Under the pieces are notes generated by a model. That model worked only from the letters and a program-made list of their open reading frames with translations. It was not told the origin of the DNA and searched no databases. A stretch of DNA of 64,000 nt, from NCBI GenBank assembly GCA_965226885.1, contig CBDDEL010000016.1:288001-352000 (forward strand), in the 5' to 3' direction. Positions 30,887-41,265 of this stretch are shown here, one piece after another. Origin of the DNA: Opitutales bacterium (GTDB lineage: Bacteria; Verrucomicrobiota; Verrucomicrobiia; Opitutales; UBA2987). Position 1 is the first letter of the stretch; every line of letters begins with the position of its first letter. Made by a program: the position numbers and the translations under genes.

Positions 30887-31655
30887 TTATTGTTTTGGGC
30901 CACGGCGACGGCGTCGAGCATCGCGCAAGCGGTAGCTTTGCCCGTTGGCTTCGAGGATATGCACCCGATGGGTGAGTCGGTCCAGCAGAGCTCCGGTGAG
31001 CCGTTCGGAACCGAGCACTTCGATCCAGTTCTCAAAGGGCAGGTTGGTGGTGACGATGAGACTGGTGCGCTCGTAAGCGCGGCTGACCACGTCGAAGAGC
31101 AGTTCGGAACCGGTCTTGGAAAAAGGGACGTAACCGAGTTCGTCGAGGATGAGTAGGTCGAGCCTTTCGAGTTGCTTCATGAAGCGCTGCAGGTCGTGGT
31201 TGTCGCGTTGCTCGAGCATATGGGTAACCAGGGCGGTGACCCCCGAAGAAACGGATCCGCCGGCCCTGGGCACAGGCGGCAAAGCCCAGGGCGGTGGCCA
31301 GGTGCGTTTTACCGGTACCGGCGTTACCGAGGAGCAGCACGTTTTCGCGCTGGTCGACATACTCCCCGCGCATGAGCTCTCGGATGAGCGCTTCGTTGAT
31401 CGAGGGCTGCGCTTCAAAGGCGAAGCTCTCGAGGGTCTTGAGCACGGGGAAACGGGCGTTTTTGATCCGCCGCTGGGCGGCCCGCTGTTCGCGTTCAATG
31501 AGCTCCCGTTCGACCAGATGCAACAAAAAGGCGGCGTAATCGAGCCGGTCCCGGGAACAAGCCGCGGCCACCGCCGGCCATTCGCGCAGGATGGTGGGCA
31601 ACTTCAGTTTCTTGAGGTGATGGTGTAACAGCAGCTGGTTTTTTTCTTCCTTCAT
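30887..31655 (-). pseudogene. istB: IstB ATPase, frameshifted
   Basis: GNAGTGKTHLA in one frame; LLILDELGY, TTNL.F and ALLDRLTHR in another. Confidence 0.88.
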
Positions 31656-33165
31656 AAAGCCCCTCCTGGAATCTTGAGCAGTTCGCTGTAGGCACCGAGG
31701 TCAGGGGCGGCCACACGGACGTGACGCAGGTGTGGATGGCCGTCCAGCCGGAAGGTTCTGCTCCCGTAGTCTTCCTGAGGATAGAGATACTGGGCGATGG
31801 CCTCACGAGTCAGTCCCCCCCCACCCGCAGGGCCGAGACGACGGCCTGCTGCAAGTCCGCCATGGGGTGTTTCTCCAACAGCCGCAGCACCCGGATATAC
31901 TCCCGGGTGCCTTCGCCCCCGCATTGGCTTTCGAGGCCGGCGTCTGAGGACCTGCAGGCACTGCGGCAACTGCCAGCCCGAGAGTGGGCGGGCGAAGTCC
32001 CAAAGCGCCCCGGTTTTTTCTCCAGCAAAGCCAGGTAGTGCACCGGCTCGAAAGAGACTTGCTCTTTATCCCAAATGCGGCGGTGCCGGGCCACCTCTTG
32101 GCCCCCACAGAAGATCATCACCTGCCGACAGGACCCTTCCACCACCACCGGATGGTGGGCGCAGCGCACCGGCACCGAATAGTCGTTGCACTCGAAGCGC
32201 ACCAGCGAGAGGCTGCTGACGCAGGTCGAGCGTTTGCGGCTCGCTTCAAAGGGTATGGGCGGCAACGCCAGCATGACGGCGCGCTCCTCGGCCAGCAGTT
32301 CCTTTTTCACCGCCCTTTTCCCGCGTAATTTACGCTCCATGTCCCGCTCACATGCCTCCAACAGCTTTGCGTTGAGTTCCTCCAGGTCCCGAACCTGCGG
32401 TACCGGTACCAGGAAGTTGGCCCGGGCATAACGCACGATCCCCTCGACCACGCCCTTCTCGTTGGGCCGGGCGGGCAGACAGAAGTGTTCCTCGAACAGG
32501 TAATGGCTCTGTAGCTGCAGAGAAACCCGTCGGTCAGCTTGCGTTCATGCGAACCGATAATCTTACCCACCGCCACCTTCGAGTTGTCATAGGCTGATGC
32601 GCCGGGGCACCGCCCCGAAAAACTCAAAAGCTCGCAGGTGCCCCTCCCAGAAGCTCTCCGTGCACTCCCGTTCGAACACCTGCACGAAAAAGGCATCGCT
32701 GTAGGGCAGGCTCATGGCAAAAAATGGCCGCCTACGCAATTGCCCCGCCTCCTTCACCAGGGCATGACCGAAGTCCACCTGTCCCTCCCCGGGGCGGTGC
32801 TCCAGCGGCACGAACACTTCCCGCCGCCTCGCTCGCAGCTCGGCCACCACCTCCTTGACCGCCGTGTAGCCCCCTTGGTAGCCCTTCTCCCGACCCAAAC
32901 GCTGGTAGATCCGTTTGGCCGTATGGCGCTGCTTCTTGGGCACGTTCCGGTCCGCTTTGAGCACCTCCTCGATCCAGCCCACATACGGATCGATCTTGCG
33001 CTCTCGCCTCTTCTTGCGCCGGTCTCCCGGCGGCTGGGAATAGGCCAGCATCTTTCCCAGGGTCTCCCAGTGCAGTCCCTCTTCTCGCATTACAGAGCGC
33101 TTGCTCTGCTTGTCCCGCAGCACTTTGTGCCGCACTCTTGTCCATTGCTTCATATCTCGATACAC
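31652..33165 (-). pseudogene. istA: IstA transposase, several frameshifts
   Basis: KQRHTAKRI, GQVDFG, YDN and VEGIV.Y fragments across frames. Confidence 0.88.
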
Positions 33166-33596
33166 TCCTCCTTTCTAGGATAAGCGTACCGGTTTTAAAG
33201 CGCCCTCTTTACCGTACCGGTTTTTCCCCGGCGTTTACAGCTGCTCTTCGCTGAAAAACTTCGAGGCCCGCTCCAGGGTGCTTTTGGAGATGCCCCTGAT
33301 GCCATCGATCTGCCGGACACCGGCAAAAGTCGGCCAACAGATCGCTGCTGCCCAGAGCCCGCGACAAATGCCGAAACGAAATCCCTCCGAGCAGACGGCC
33401 CAGCGTATCCATGCGCAGTGCCTTGATGGGCAAAACTGGCCCGCTGCCGCCGGGCCTTTAGACCCATTGGCTGCCACCCCTCCAAGGCCAGCTCAATGGC
33501 CTGCGATTCCACCTCCGAGTCGATCAGCAGCCGATCGATTCGATCAATGGTGGCGCGGAAGTTATCGTAATCGAGGCACCGGTCGACCACAGTTAA

Positions 33597-36297
33597 CCCG
33601 GATATTTCATGAAGGGTAAAGTTTGGCTCGTTATTGCTGTTGGAGATGGATTTCTTTGTATTTTGAGCAGATCGTCTTGATTTTTAGGTGTTTTTCAGGG
33701 TGTAGAGACACTGCCCCCTTTCCCCCATTGGTTCGGTAGTGCCGGGGGCAGCACCAATGCACCCTTTAGGTTGGCACCAATCGGCGGGCCGCATGGTTGA
33801 AAAGACTGGCCCAAGGATAACTCTCACTTAGGTGAAAGTGAATCGTTCGGGTGTTGCGCACGATGACCGCTCCGATCTTGATTAATTTGAGCCGCAGGGT
33901 GTGGCATTGGGCCCGCGCCCACTTCGTCCCTTTTAAGGCTAACCGGCGCATGGCTTCCATCAAGGTGTAGGCCAGCGCCGACAAGAGCAATCGCCACTGA
34001 TTGGCCCACCATTGATGGGCGCTGGTGCGCTCGCTGAACAATTGCATCTGTTCCTTGATTCGGTTCTCCATTTCACCGCGGCCACAGTATACCTTGTCGT
34101 AAAGCTCCTGGGGATCGCCCGGCAGGTTCGTCACCACGAAGCGCGGGTTGGACCCCTGTGCGGTGTGTTCGGCTTTATGGATGACCAACCGCAGCCATCG
34201 CCACGAATCGGCAGCATAGACGAAGTCCTGGAATAACCGTTGTTTTTTACCCCTTAGTTCGAACCATTCTTTGGCCTGCTTTTGCAACTGCTGGGCATCT
34301 TGCTGCAAGCGTGCATTGCGAGCCATCCCCACGATGTAACTAACTTCGTTGCGGTCGCACCAAGAGAGTATCCGGTCTCGACAAAATCCACTGTCGGCGC
34401 GCCAAATAATCCGCGTACGGGGCCAGCTCTGGCGAATCCGTTTAACCAGCAATTTGAGGATGGCCCCGGCATGCTTGCTGGCATCGATCTTGCTCGGCCG
34501 CAGGTAGGCCACCAGCAGCTGATCACCGCAAAAAACATATAGCGGCAGAAAACAGTAATGATCATAATAACCGTGGAAAAAACGTCCCTCCTGGAGCCCG
34601 TGCACCGGAGTGTCGGTGGCGTCAAAGTCCAGGATGATCTCTTCGGGTTCCTCGGCAAAGGAGCCCATGAACTGTTCGACCAACAGCTCGTTTACCGCAA
34701 AGGCCGCCCGCCGATCCTGCCCGTTTTCAAAACGACACAAAGTCGGCGCGCTGGCCAACGTTTCAATGCGCCCCGTTACCGTTTGCAACAATGGATCGTG
34801 GCGCAGGGTATCAAAGTCGTTCAAATCCTCATAGCCCGCCACCAGCCCGTAAACGCGCTGCCGCAGCATCCCCAATACCTCATGGCGTACTTTGCCCTTC
34901 TGCCGTTTGTCCACTAACTGTCGGGCCGCTCGTTCGGTCAAGCCCAACTGCCGATCCACTTCCCGGATCAAAAGCAGTCCGGCATCCGAAGTAATACCAA
35001 ATCTCATTAGGTATGATAATAAGTTATTTGGCAGAAGCGTTTGCTTGAATGTGCTGCCAGCCTCCGCCAACTAAAGAGAGGACTTTTTCAGTGTCCTCCC
35101 ACCAGTCTTTGAGATGGGTTGCGACGACTTCTTCGAGTCGCTCAATGCTCGGCCACAGTTTGTTGGCCGTTTGATCCTGTATCATATCCCAAAGTCTTTC
35201 AATCGGGTTGAGTTCAGGACTATACGGCGGCAAATTCACGATATGTATGCCCGGGGGGACGTTGGGGTGCTCCGAGTCGTGCGGATGGAAGCCTGCCCCG
35301 TCCCATACAACCACATGTTCCTCCTCAGGATATTGCTTTTTGATCTGTTGGAGGAAAGCCTCCGTCCACTGTAGATTCGTGCTAGGGGTTTGGATGCATA
35401 CCATCTCGCCGTTGACCACGTCGAGGGCTCCGTAACAGTAGCTCCACTGGTATCTTGTCTGATATTTTTTGTGCGGCCGAAGCCCTCTTTGCGTCCAGCA
35501 CCGGCGGTACACCGGAAGCAAACCAAAACGGCTTTCATCGGCAAACCACACCCGAACCCGATTGCCTCGGGTGAGGGAAAGCTCCTGGAGGATCTTAAAA
35601 AAGTCTCGCTTGAACGCTTCCGCTTTTGCCGAGTCCCGTTTCTCATGCACGGGCCGAGGGACTCGAAGCACCCCGGCGCATTTTTTTAGCCATCGCCACA
35701 CCGTCTTGTAGGCGAAGGAGCGCCCGAAATGTCGCTCCAGCTCTTGCCCCGCCTGAACGGCTGTGTTCCAGCGCGCGACCTTCAAACCATTGAGCAAGAA
35801 GGCCTCCACCTCTTTGTCGCAACGGCTTTTGATCCCGCCTTTGTAGGCGCGTGTAAGCACCGCCCCGAGCCCTGCAGCACGATATTTGTCAAACCAACGC
35901 TGGATCGTCGCTTTGCCTCGGCCCACGATGGCTCCAATTTCATCAATGCTGTGGTGCGGCTGGAAGCCCATTTTTAATGCCACCAAACGCTCTTTACGCC
36001 AGCCGACAGCCTCTTTGTTGAGCAATTTCTTGATACGTTCACGGTCTTCATCGGTTCCCATATATCTTCTCATTCCGCCTTTATAGCTGTTTTTTAATCT
36101 TTATCAATCCTTTTGCGATTTGGTATAACCTCTCCGCCCTTGAAATCAACCCGCACACGGCGGCCTTTTACCCTTGTCAACTGTAGCTTTAATTGTTTAC
36201 CTTTTGTCATCGCTGATATTGCTTTAATTATTGATCTATCCTGCTGTATATCAGCAGTTAAGCATATCAACGATACTTTTTTTACGAAATATCCGGG
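33597..36297 (-). mobile_element. IS1380 copy 3, interrupted by IS630
   Basis: Both IRs present, TSD TTAA, transposase split at GGEV|TSDAG. Confidence 0.95.
34995..36125 (-). mobile_element. IS630-family element copy 2 (transposase 35024-36073)
   Basis: 1131 bp, identical protein, flanked by TAA/TAA. Confidence 0.95.
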
Positions 36298-36322
36298 TTA
36301 AAGCTGGACGCAGGAGGCATTG

Positions 36323-36366
36323 GATGGCTATATTTTTCATAGAAGATGGCTATATTTTTCATAGAA
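36323..36366. repeat. perfect tandem duplication 2 x 22 bp
   Basis: GATGGCTATATTTTTCATAGAA twice, spanning the old transposase start codon. Confidence 0.95.
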
Positions 36367-36470
36367 AGGGCTATATTGATTTTCGCTAACTCAATTATAG
36401 AACCCTTTTTTGGCCGGATCGAGCAAAAACTTGCTCTTTCCGGCTCTTTTTATCAACGTCATCCAGTTGA

Positions 36471-36710
36471 CTATAAAATCTTTATATTTTTGGGACAGCC
36501 TCCAACTAATTCTAAAGTGTTAAAAGGTCCATCAAGAATCCAATGAATACCAGGATGCGGATAAGGCTCTTTGCGCGGTTCTCCACCGAAGACGGGCTTT
36601 GCAAAGGTTTTTTCTTCTATGGCATACACACAAGCGTAATCGAAATCAGGGTCCCCTGAACCGATAACATAAAATTTTCCAGGTGTGAGTTTTGCAGGCT
36701 GTTCGATCAT
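36471..36710 (-). CDS. small hypothetical protein
   Basis: 79-aa ORF with plausible composition in an AT-rich segment. No family recognised. Confidence 0.4.
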   Translation of the reverse strand: MIEQPAKLTPGKFYVIGSGDPDFDYACVYAIEEKTFAKPVFGGEPRKEPYPHPGIHWILDGPFNTLELVGGCPKNIKIL

Positions 36711-37342
36711 TGCGTATAGAGAGCTTGCTTTGTTTTTACACTATTTATTGTGTCCACATTCCCTATCAGATTACGCGCCGCCAATGGGATTTCAAGGAAT
36801 CTCGCAAGGGGGCAGTCCTTTTCCTTTATCTCGTTCAAAGGCAGGAACGCATGATCGCCACATATAGCCTAGAACCCCGCAGAAAAGCCGCTAGCATGGA
36901 TGTAAACCGAAATGAGGGATATGGATAGCCTTTGAGGCCGAAAATGCTTTGTGGGTGGAATATCCTATATTTATCAATAGAATACGGATATTTTATTCTA
37001 ATATAGGGGATTATCCCTATTTAATCCATTTTGGGGGATGATATATTTATCAAATTAAATTTGACAAAAAATGAATGGTGATTGCCCCCGATGTTTCATT
37101 CTGGGCATTCACCCCTTAAACCGCCACAAATTCCCTTGGAAGAAGCCCCCCTGCCCCTCTTACGGCATCAATTATCTCAATCCAGGGGCCAAAGTCATCC
37201 GTCCGGGTGTAAGGTTCCCATACCTACACCTGATTGAGGAATGTCGCTGGGCTCGGATCAGGTTTCAGTATTCGACACACCTCGAATCACGCATCTTGTA
37301 TCCAGAATCCTCTATCATTCCTACAATCTTCCCTCCGGGTAT

Positions 37343-37843
37343 TTATTTTCTTTTGGCGGAAAACAAGGATATGGCGAAACTGGAGTCGATACTGCGCAGC
37401 CTCATGCTAATTTCTCGAGCCAGATTCGTTAGGATGAGGGTATAAATCTTGGGATGCCTTTTCCAGATATGGGACAAGCTTTTTGAGGAAAGAACCAGCA
37501 CGATTGAATCTTTGAGCACTCGCACGGTGGCGGCGCGGGTATGCAACTCGATAATCGCCATTTCACCGAAGGTTTCCCCAATCCCGAGGGTGGCAATCTG
37601 CTCGCTATTGTCGTTTCCTGTATCCGGAACGATTTTGAGAATCTCAACAGAGCCCTCGACAATTAAAAAGAGGCAATTTCCCGGATCCCCTTCGACGACG
37701 ATTTTAGCACCTTTGGGATATTCTTCCTGCCTCATGAAGGTGAGGAATTTAATCAATTCTTCATCTTCAAAACCGCCAAACAGGGCATGGGATTGAAGAA
37801 ATTTCAAACTGACGGTACTGGCGAATTTTTTCGGCTTCGGCAT
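37343..37843 (-). CDS. stand-alone cyclic nucleotide-binding domain protein
   Basis: IVVEGDPG..LFLIVEGSVEI, GETFGEMAII, RAATV. No C-terminal HTH. Start chosen at MPKPKK. Confidence 0.88.
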   Translation of the reverse strand: MPKPKKFASTVSLKFLQSHALFGGFEDEELIKFLTFMRQEEYPKGAKIVVEGDPGNCLFLIVEGSVEILKIVPDTGNDNSEQIATLGIGETFGEMAIIELHTRAATVRVLKDSIVLVLSSKSLSHIWKRHPKIYTLILTNLAREISMRLRSIDSSFAISLFSAKRK

Positions 37844-37916
37844 TAGGTAAAAGTGATTGTTATCCAAGAATTCCCATATGAACATTCATAATCGTTGAAA
37901 ATAGCGCCTTTCAATA

Positions 37917-37946
37917 CGCTTTGGCAATCGTCGCTTTGGCAATCGT
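37917..37946. repeat. perfect tandem duplication 2 x 15 bp
   Basis: CGCTTTGGCAATCGT twice. Confidence 0.9.
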
Positions 37947-38033
37947 CAATCCGCATCCAGTGATAGCTTGCCAGAAAGGGATTCAACACAATCCCAAAGC
38001 CCTTGCCGCCCGTTCACTCGCGGTTCTGAAATT

Positions 38034-38525
38034 TCAGGAGCCTTTTTGCATCGCAGCCATTTTGCGGAAGATACCAGGGCCATGAATTTGACGAAGCATT
38101 TTCCGACGGAGGGCCACAGCCAGTTTAAAGGCTTTTTCCTCCCCATATTTGCGGATGGAGATTGAAGTTGTTTTCAGTACATTGGGGGAAGGGTTCCAAC
38201 TGACCATGTAAATTTCGCTTATTTTCCCGGTAGGGCTTTTCCTTGCCGTGCGGCAGACTCCCAACACTCCGGTAGTATTTCGGGTATTACGAGAAATGAT
38301 CGTCCGACCTCGGGGCTTGGTGGGAATTTGGGCAAGCTTTTCGTAAAGCTCATCCCGGAACTGACGGGCTGCCTGCTGCGCCTTTATTTTACCCCCGCAC
38401 TTCAGGTCGCTGAAACATTTGGAATAGATTTTACCGTTTTTATACCCTTTCACATCCCATCTATGGACTGTTCCCGAATCAATGCGGGTGATTCCTTTAT
38501 TTCTTGGGTTTTTTCCTTTAGCCAT
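38034..38525 (-). CDS. basic protein with two AP2-like DNA-binding repeats
   Basis: GITRID....W......K.FSD...GG...A...A...RD, then NTTGVLGV....W.......SIRKYGEEKAFKLA...R. Confidence 0.7.
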   Translation of the reverse strand: MAKGKNPRNKGITRIDSGTVHRWDVKGYKNGKIYSKCFSDLKCGGKIKAQQAARQFRDELYEKLAQIPTKPRGRTIISRNTRNTTGVLGVCRTARKSPTGKISEIYMVSWNPSPNVLKTTSISIRKYGEEKAFKLAVALRRKMLRQIHGPGIFRKMAAMQKGS

Positions 38526-38549
38526 AGCCTATATGCTTGGCCGGTCTTT

Positions 38550-39343
38550 TTAAGCCTGCAAAAGTTTGGGCTTGTTCATTTTCCAAGCGGCAGCCCCAGC
38601 CAACAGGGTCATCAATACGATGATGCCCCATTCGTTTAGAGTGGGGATAGCCTGCACCGGCTCGGCGATTCCCGTTGAACCTGGATTAATGATGCCGTCT
38701 TCATAGGCCCAGTCGTGGATGGTGAGCGAGGAACTGTTTGCCGCAACGCTGACCTGGACCCAGCCATAGAGCAAACTCCCTGTGCCACCCGGGGAATTAT
38801 TGATAAATCTGACGCCGATAAATTTGCCTACGACACCAACGGGGAAATTACCAAAATAGGCATTGGAGCCAGATCCAAGTACACCGAAGTAAATACCAGG
38901 CGTGTTATACATCCAGAATCCGGGATTAGAGATGTTGGCAATATTGTAGTTTGTGGTCAAGACTTTGGGAAAGAAGTAAGATCCAGACGTGGCAAGGACG
39001 CCCGCATTAGTTGGGCCTGGACGGATGAGTTTGAAGGGATTGTAGTAACCAGCGTTGTTGGTAGAATAAATGTCAGTATCTCCGTCCCCGTCCAAATCGA
39101 TGGCGGTCGTGGCGTTCGAAGGCGACTGCACAACAATATCTGGCGGGTCGGTGTACTGTATGTGGCAGCCTCTGCCGCAGGGACGACAGCCAGGGCGGCA
39201 CCACCGGCAGCAGCGCTAGCCAAGGCGAGATTGCCGGGCCTTGCTGACCCTTTCCCCGCTGCAAGGGCCGATGCACGGTAGGCCTCAAGCTTGTCCTGTA
39301 AATCAATGATTTTCTTAACTGCTGGCTTTATTCTTTTTTCCAT
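38550..39343 (-). pseudogene. IPTL-CTERM sorting-domain surface protein, frameshifted near 39162
   Basis: Long leader ending AEAA, a 2-nt frame disruption, then IQYTDPPD...DLDGDG...YGWV...IHDWAYE. C-terminal IPTLNEWGIIVLMTLL + basic tail. Confidence 0.8.
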
Positions 39344-39547
39344 AATTCATCCTCATCAATGTTCAAAATAAAGGTGGCGTCTTTGAAATACCCATCCAAC
39401 CAATTTTGCATCATAGCTTGCTGCCAACATAAGTCAATCAGTTTGTGTCCGGCTCTTTGCCCTCACCGCAAGGGATGACACAATACAAGGTTCATTCCCC
39501 CCTTTTACAGAAAAAATTTTGATCGGCATTTGAATAATACATGTATG

Positions 39548-39575
39548 CTTCCTGAAACCCCCTTCCTGAAACCCC
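39548..39575. repeat. perfect tandem duplication 2 x 14 bp
   Basis: CTTCCTGAAACCCC twice. Confidence 0.9.
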
Positions 39576-39828
39576 TTTTGTAAAATTTCTGGGATGGAGG
39601 GTTTAACCAATACGTATATCGCCACCAGGGAAATGCATCGACCCCCGCCCCCCCTTCGGCAGTCCTGACATTTTCCTATCAAATAACAGCCATTCCTATC
39701 AAGTTTCTGGCCGTTCCTTGCCGTTTAGTTCCTTTCAATGCACAAGCTATGAATGGCATGTAAGCCAGTAAACAAGCGGGATACCCGATGAATAAAGGGC
39801 TAGAAGCTGGTTTTTGATTGGCCATGTT

Positions 39829-40445
39829 GTCGGTTTGACCAACCGGCCTAATATTCCGGGCGAACCGATTGCCGCCCCGGCGCAGCGAAGGGCTTTAAAT
39901 TCTGAAATTAATCCCAAACTAAGGAGAAATATAATGATCGAAAAAATCACCGATAAATTGGGCCTTTCGCCCGATGCCAATGAGGAGGATATCCTGCAAA
40001 CGCTGGAAAGTCTCCTTGATGACAGCCGCCAGTGGAATGAAGCTGGGGCCGTTACCGCCAATCAAGCGGAAACCCTGCGGATGGAGACGAAGCGTCTGCA
40101 AAACCGGGTCAGCGAGGCGCGCGCATTGAACTGATTTTGCAGGGGGCGCTGCGGGAGGCCCGCATCTGGCCGGCGGAAAAGGAGGAATGGGAAAGCCAGC
40201 TAAGGGAGAATTTCGATGAATCCGTGGAAGTCCTGGCCAATGCGCAGCCGATTCTCAATACCCACAGCCGCACGGCAGAGCTCGCAGGGAGCCATTTTAA
40301 AATGAGCCGCCAGGAGCGATTTCTGGAGGTGGTCAACGACCGCATGGACCGCACCGGAGAGGACTTCACAACGGCCTGGTCGAACTGCAAAAGGGAGCGC
40401 AGCGATCTGTTTGAACGATTGGCGCAACCCGACCGCAGCCGTTGA
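39829..40445 (+). pseudogene. 3' remnant of Mu-like prohead protease/scaffold (gpI/Z-like) gene
   Basis: Starts at the protease C-terminal motif VGLTNRPNIPG. Internal AAGGAG RBS + ATG at 39934 (KLGLSPDANEEDIL). A frameshift in a (GC)n run near 40116-40124 leads into ALREARIWPAEKEEW. Confidence 0.7.
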
Positions 40446-40533
40446 AGAGGAAGATTTTTCAGCAATTCATTCCATTTATTAGAATCATGGAAATGAATTT
40501 ACCACTAACCATCAAAAATAAAATACCAAAACA

Positions 40534-41197
40534 ATGACAACAATACTCCTGATTAGCATGACAATTGCCTTCGCCTTGATCGCGTGGGTCGTTCTGGAAA
40601 AAGTAAAAGGAGCCTCCCGGCCACGATTTTCCAATGTGACCGAAGGCACTCACGAGGGCAGCATCACGAAAAAAACTGACGCCGCCCTGAGCACCCGTTT
40701 CTCCCTCGTAAAAATCGGCAGCGACGCTGATCACATTGCCGTGTGCGGAGCGGGCGACCGGCCCCTGGGAATCGCCACCGATGAAGCGGAGGCGGCCGAG
40801 GACAACCTAAATGTGAACCTGCTGGGCTCCTCATCTAGCACCCAGAAAGCGGTTGCCAGCGAGGCCATCGCGGTGGGCGACTCCGTCTTCACGGCGGCCT
40901 CGGGCAAGGTGCAAAACGAACCCGGCGGGGCCGGGACCTACTACCTGGTGGGGAGGGGCCTTGACGGCCGCCGGAGCCGATGGCGAGGTCATAGAGATCG
41001 AGCCACAGGCGCCCCAGCGTACGGTGGTCATCGCCACCCTTGGAAACACCGATGCGGAAATCGGTGGTTTGACCATCGGGGGAACCTACACCCAGTCCGA
41101 AGTTGAAGCCCTCCGGGACAAGGCGGAGGAACTGGCGGACGATGTGCGCGCCCTGGCAACGGCGCTGTCCGAGCCCTCATTAGTGAAAGTCCTCTAG
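40534..41197 (+). CDS. capsid decoration/cement protein (DUF2190-like) with hydrophobic leader; one apparent frameshift near 40955
   Basis: RFSLVKIG...PLGIA...VASEAIAVGD.V.TAASGKV...VGRALTAA.ADGEVIEI once one G is removed from a G-run. Lies between scaffold and capsid genes. Confidence 0.75.
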
Positions 41198-41265
41198 TCG
41201 AGGATGGAGAACCGAAATTAAAAAAAATCTGCAAACAACCAAAAAAAAGAAAGAGAACCTGTTTT

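Larger units (their letters stand above)
30714..33239 (-). mobile_element. IS21-family element (istA-istB, multiply frameshifted)
   Basis: TGTAAACGCCGGG IRs with internal AAACCGGTACG repeats. No TSD. Confidence 0.92.
33240..36340 (-). pseudogene. N-terminal remnant of an older, unclassified transposase, split by IS1380 and truncated by IS21
   Basis: Removing IS1380 (TSD TTAA) rejoins MKNIAIQCLLRPAL|TVVDRCLDY. It continues with frameshifts as ISFRHLSRAL..SDLLADFC..SKSTLER, resembling DDE transposase N-termini. Confidence 0.6.

Noticed and set aside
33766..35070. 434-aa ORF as a novel IS630-IS1380 fusion transposase
   Set aside because: Chance read-through from the IS630 end into the interrupted IS1380 frame, starting at a TTG with no evident RBS.
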